A stretch of 64,000 nt of DNA from Raillietiella orientalis (Eukaryota). Below are positions 62,713 through 64,000 of this stretch, piece by piece (position 1 is the stretch's first letter; each line of letters begins with the position of its first letter). Where the stretch lies: NCBI GenBank assembly GCA_036172245.1, contig JAYWIR010000031.1, forward strand, positions 1,922,001 through 1,986,000, read 5' to 3'. A program made the position numbers and the translations under genes. The notes under the pieces were generated by a model. The model was not told the origin of the DNA. It worked only from the letters and a program-made list of their open reading frames with translations, and made no database searches.

Positions 62713-63087
62713 CTTAATGATGATGGATGCTGGCTTTTCCGCCTACCCAGAAGTGGTGGAAGGCGATTCACCAGAAGATGTTGCGTTCCAGCGTTCCTTG
62801 TTGACAAACGGACAGTACCCATCAATATCATCTGATCGATATCCAATCAGCAGACTTGGACCTTCCGCCATTGATTCTGAAACCGGCAAACGTGCAGTTT
62901 TTGGACACCCACCTTCGTGTGCCGGATGTGGTGCTAAAATTGCTGATCGTTTTTTGTTGTATTCACCTCATAAATACTGGCATGAAGGCTGCCTCAAGTG
63001 CTCTTGCTGTGGAGTCCTACTTGCCCACATAGGAACTTCGTATTTCGAAAGAGCCGAAATGGTGCTGTGCCGCGCAGATTATATAAG
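62713..63087 (+). CDS. LMO4: Coding exon of a LIM-domain-only protein (LMO4-like): N-terminal region plus first LIM domain; downstream exon(s) not found in the window
   Basis: Translation from ATG 62717 contains CAGCGAKIADRFLLYSPHKYWHEGCLKCSCCGVLLAHIGTSYFERAEMVLCRADYIR, a complete LIM domain (C-x2-C-x17-H-x2-C-x2-C-x2-C-x19-C-x2-D). It closely resembles the LMO4 LIM1 sequence as I recall it (CAGCGGKIADRFLLYAMDSYWHSRCLKCSCCQAQLGDIGTSCYTKSGMILCRNDYIR). A polypyrimidine acceptor (ttttccttctttttccag) ends at 62712, and a donor AG|GTTAGA follows 63087, exactly where the similarity stops. Confidence 0.92.
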
Positions 63088-63738
63088 GTTAGACCGTCTA
63101 TCGAATTTGACACCTTGTGATGCACACGTTGATTCTCCCGTCTGCGGTACAGACGACCAGAAAGAATGGTTCAAATGGTCGCTTGAATGCTGGTCGGGTT
63201 TTTTATGTTGTTCGTAAACATCTTTATCGTAAGTTTTTTTGTTTTTCCTTTTCCTTTAAATCGGGTAAAGGAGGTGCAAGCAGAGTAGGGCTTATGAAGG
63301 TGGTGGCTGCTGATTGGATTTAGTGATTGTTTCCTTCTTTTTCCCCCACCCCCACCCCCCACCCCCTTTTTTTTAGGGGGGGGGGGAAACGGTGCATGTG
63401 TGAGCACGGAAAGTGTCGTGGATTTTATATAGGTTTGTGTGTTCATCTTATGATTCGGTAGGATGGAAAACTTCCCAGTGTGCCGTTTTGATTGTGACGA
63501 ATCTGGGTGTTTTTTGTCCGAACACACTACTATTCTCAGCCAGCTGCTGCCAAAAGGTAATTCTCATGGTCAGATCCAAATCTCCCAGAGACGGGAAACA
63601 GTAAAGCGTTTTGCGTGTAATTTGTCTTGAAAATCCGTCTCGGAAAAAAAGAAAGAAAGAGAGCAAGGAAAAGCAGCTCCTTCGCCCCCTTCTGTCCCCC
63701 ATCACGGGGGACGGTGGTGTTCGTTCTTCGGGTGCTGC

Positions 63739-64000
63739 TTAAGCAGTTTTAATGAAATTGTGGAAGTTGGTGCGGACGCACCTACTGCTGATGCACCATG
63801 TTAATGTAAATGGCAAATCGGAATAGGTTGATGGCAGTTTATGGTCAGTAAGTAAGTTACTTCGATCTGTTTGGAGCACATGATCTATTGATGATTTTTG
63901 TGATGGATTTCGCGTATGCAGAATGGATCTCGGGGGGGAAATATTTGCTTGAATCCAATATTGAATCTGCAGTTTCATCTTGATCGCGAGTGGCAATTCC
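63739..64000 (-). mobile_element. LINE APE endonuclease C-terminal remnant in the intron after the LMO4-like exon
   Basis: SSIDHVL ... LTDHKL (like SxIDxxL ... LSDH). Confidence 0.5.

Noticed and set aside
63088..63217. Continuation of ORF 62717-63217 past DYIR
   Set aside because: Similarity to LMO4 stops at a good splice donor. The rest is intron read-through.
1..64000. CRISPR arrays, operons, rRNA or prokaryotic systems
   Set aside because: No regularly spaced repeat-spacer arrays, rRNA motifs or compact gene runs. The sequence is eukaryotic and mostly non-coding.

Overview
Eukaryotic, most likely invertebrate metazoan, genomic DNA. It contains spliceosomal intron signals, microsatellites, no operons and no CRISPR array. 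The only confident host gene is one coding exon of an LMO4-like LIM-only gene (+ strand, 62713-63087, first LIM domain). Roughly 1-36 kb and 58-64 kb are a graveyard of decayed transposons: Gypsy pol/gag/LTR pieces, several non-LTR (LINE) RT/APE/RLE remnants, an internally deleted mariner with both TIRs, tRNA-like SINE heads and MITE-like palindromes. Roughly 36-57 kb is a GC/CpG-rich domain in which I recognised no TE coding motifs. It holds simple repeats, enhancer-like motif clusters, a candidate upstream exon and a duplicated hairpin element. The most striking pattern is that essentially every TE coding remnant I could recognise (about 14) lies on the minus strand, antisense to the LMO4-like gene. 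That fits either a uni-strand (flamenco-like) piRNA source or one very long + strand transcription unit. All TE calls come from reading degenerate motifs by eye across frameshifts, and their boundaries are approximate. Most long ORFs in the supplied track are GC-rich or low-complexity artefacts.
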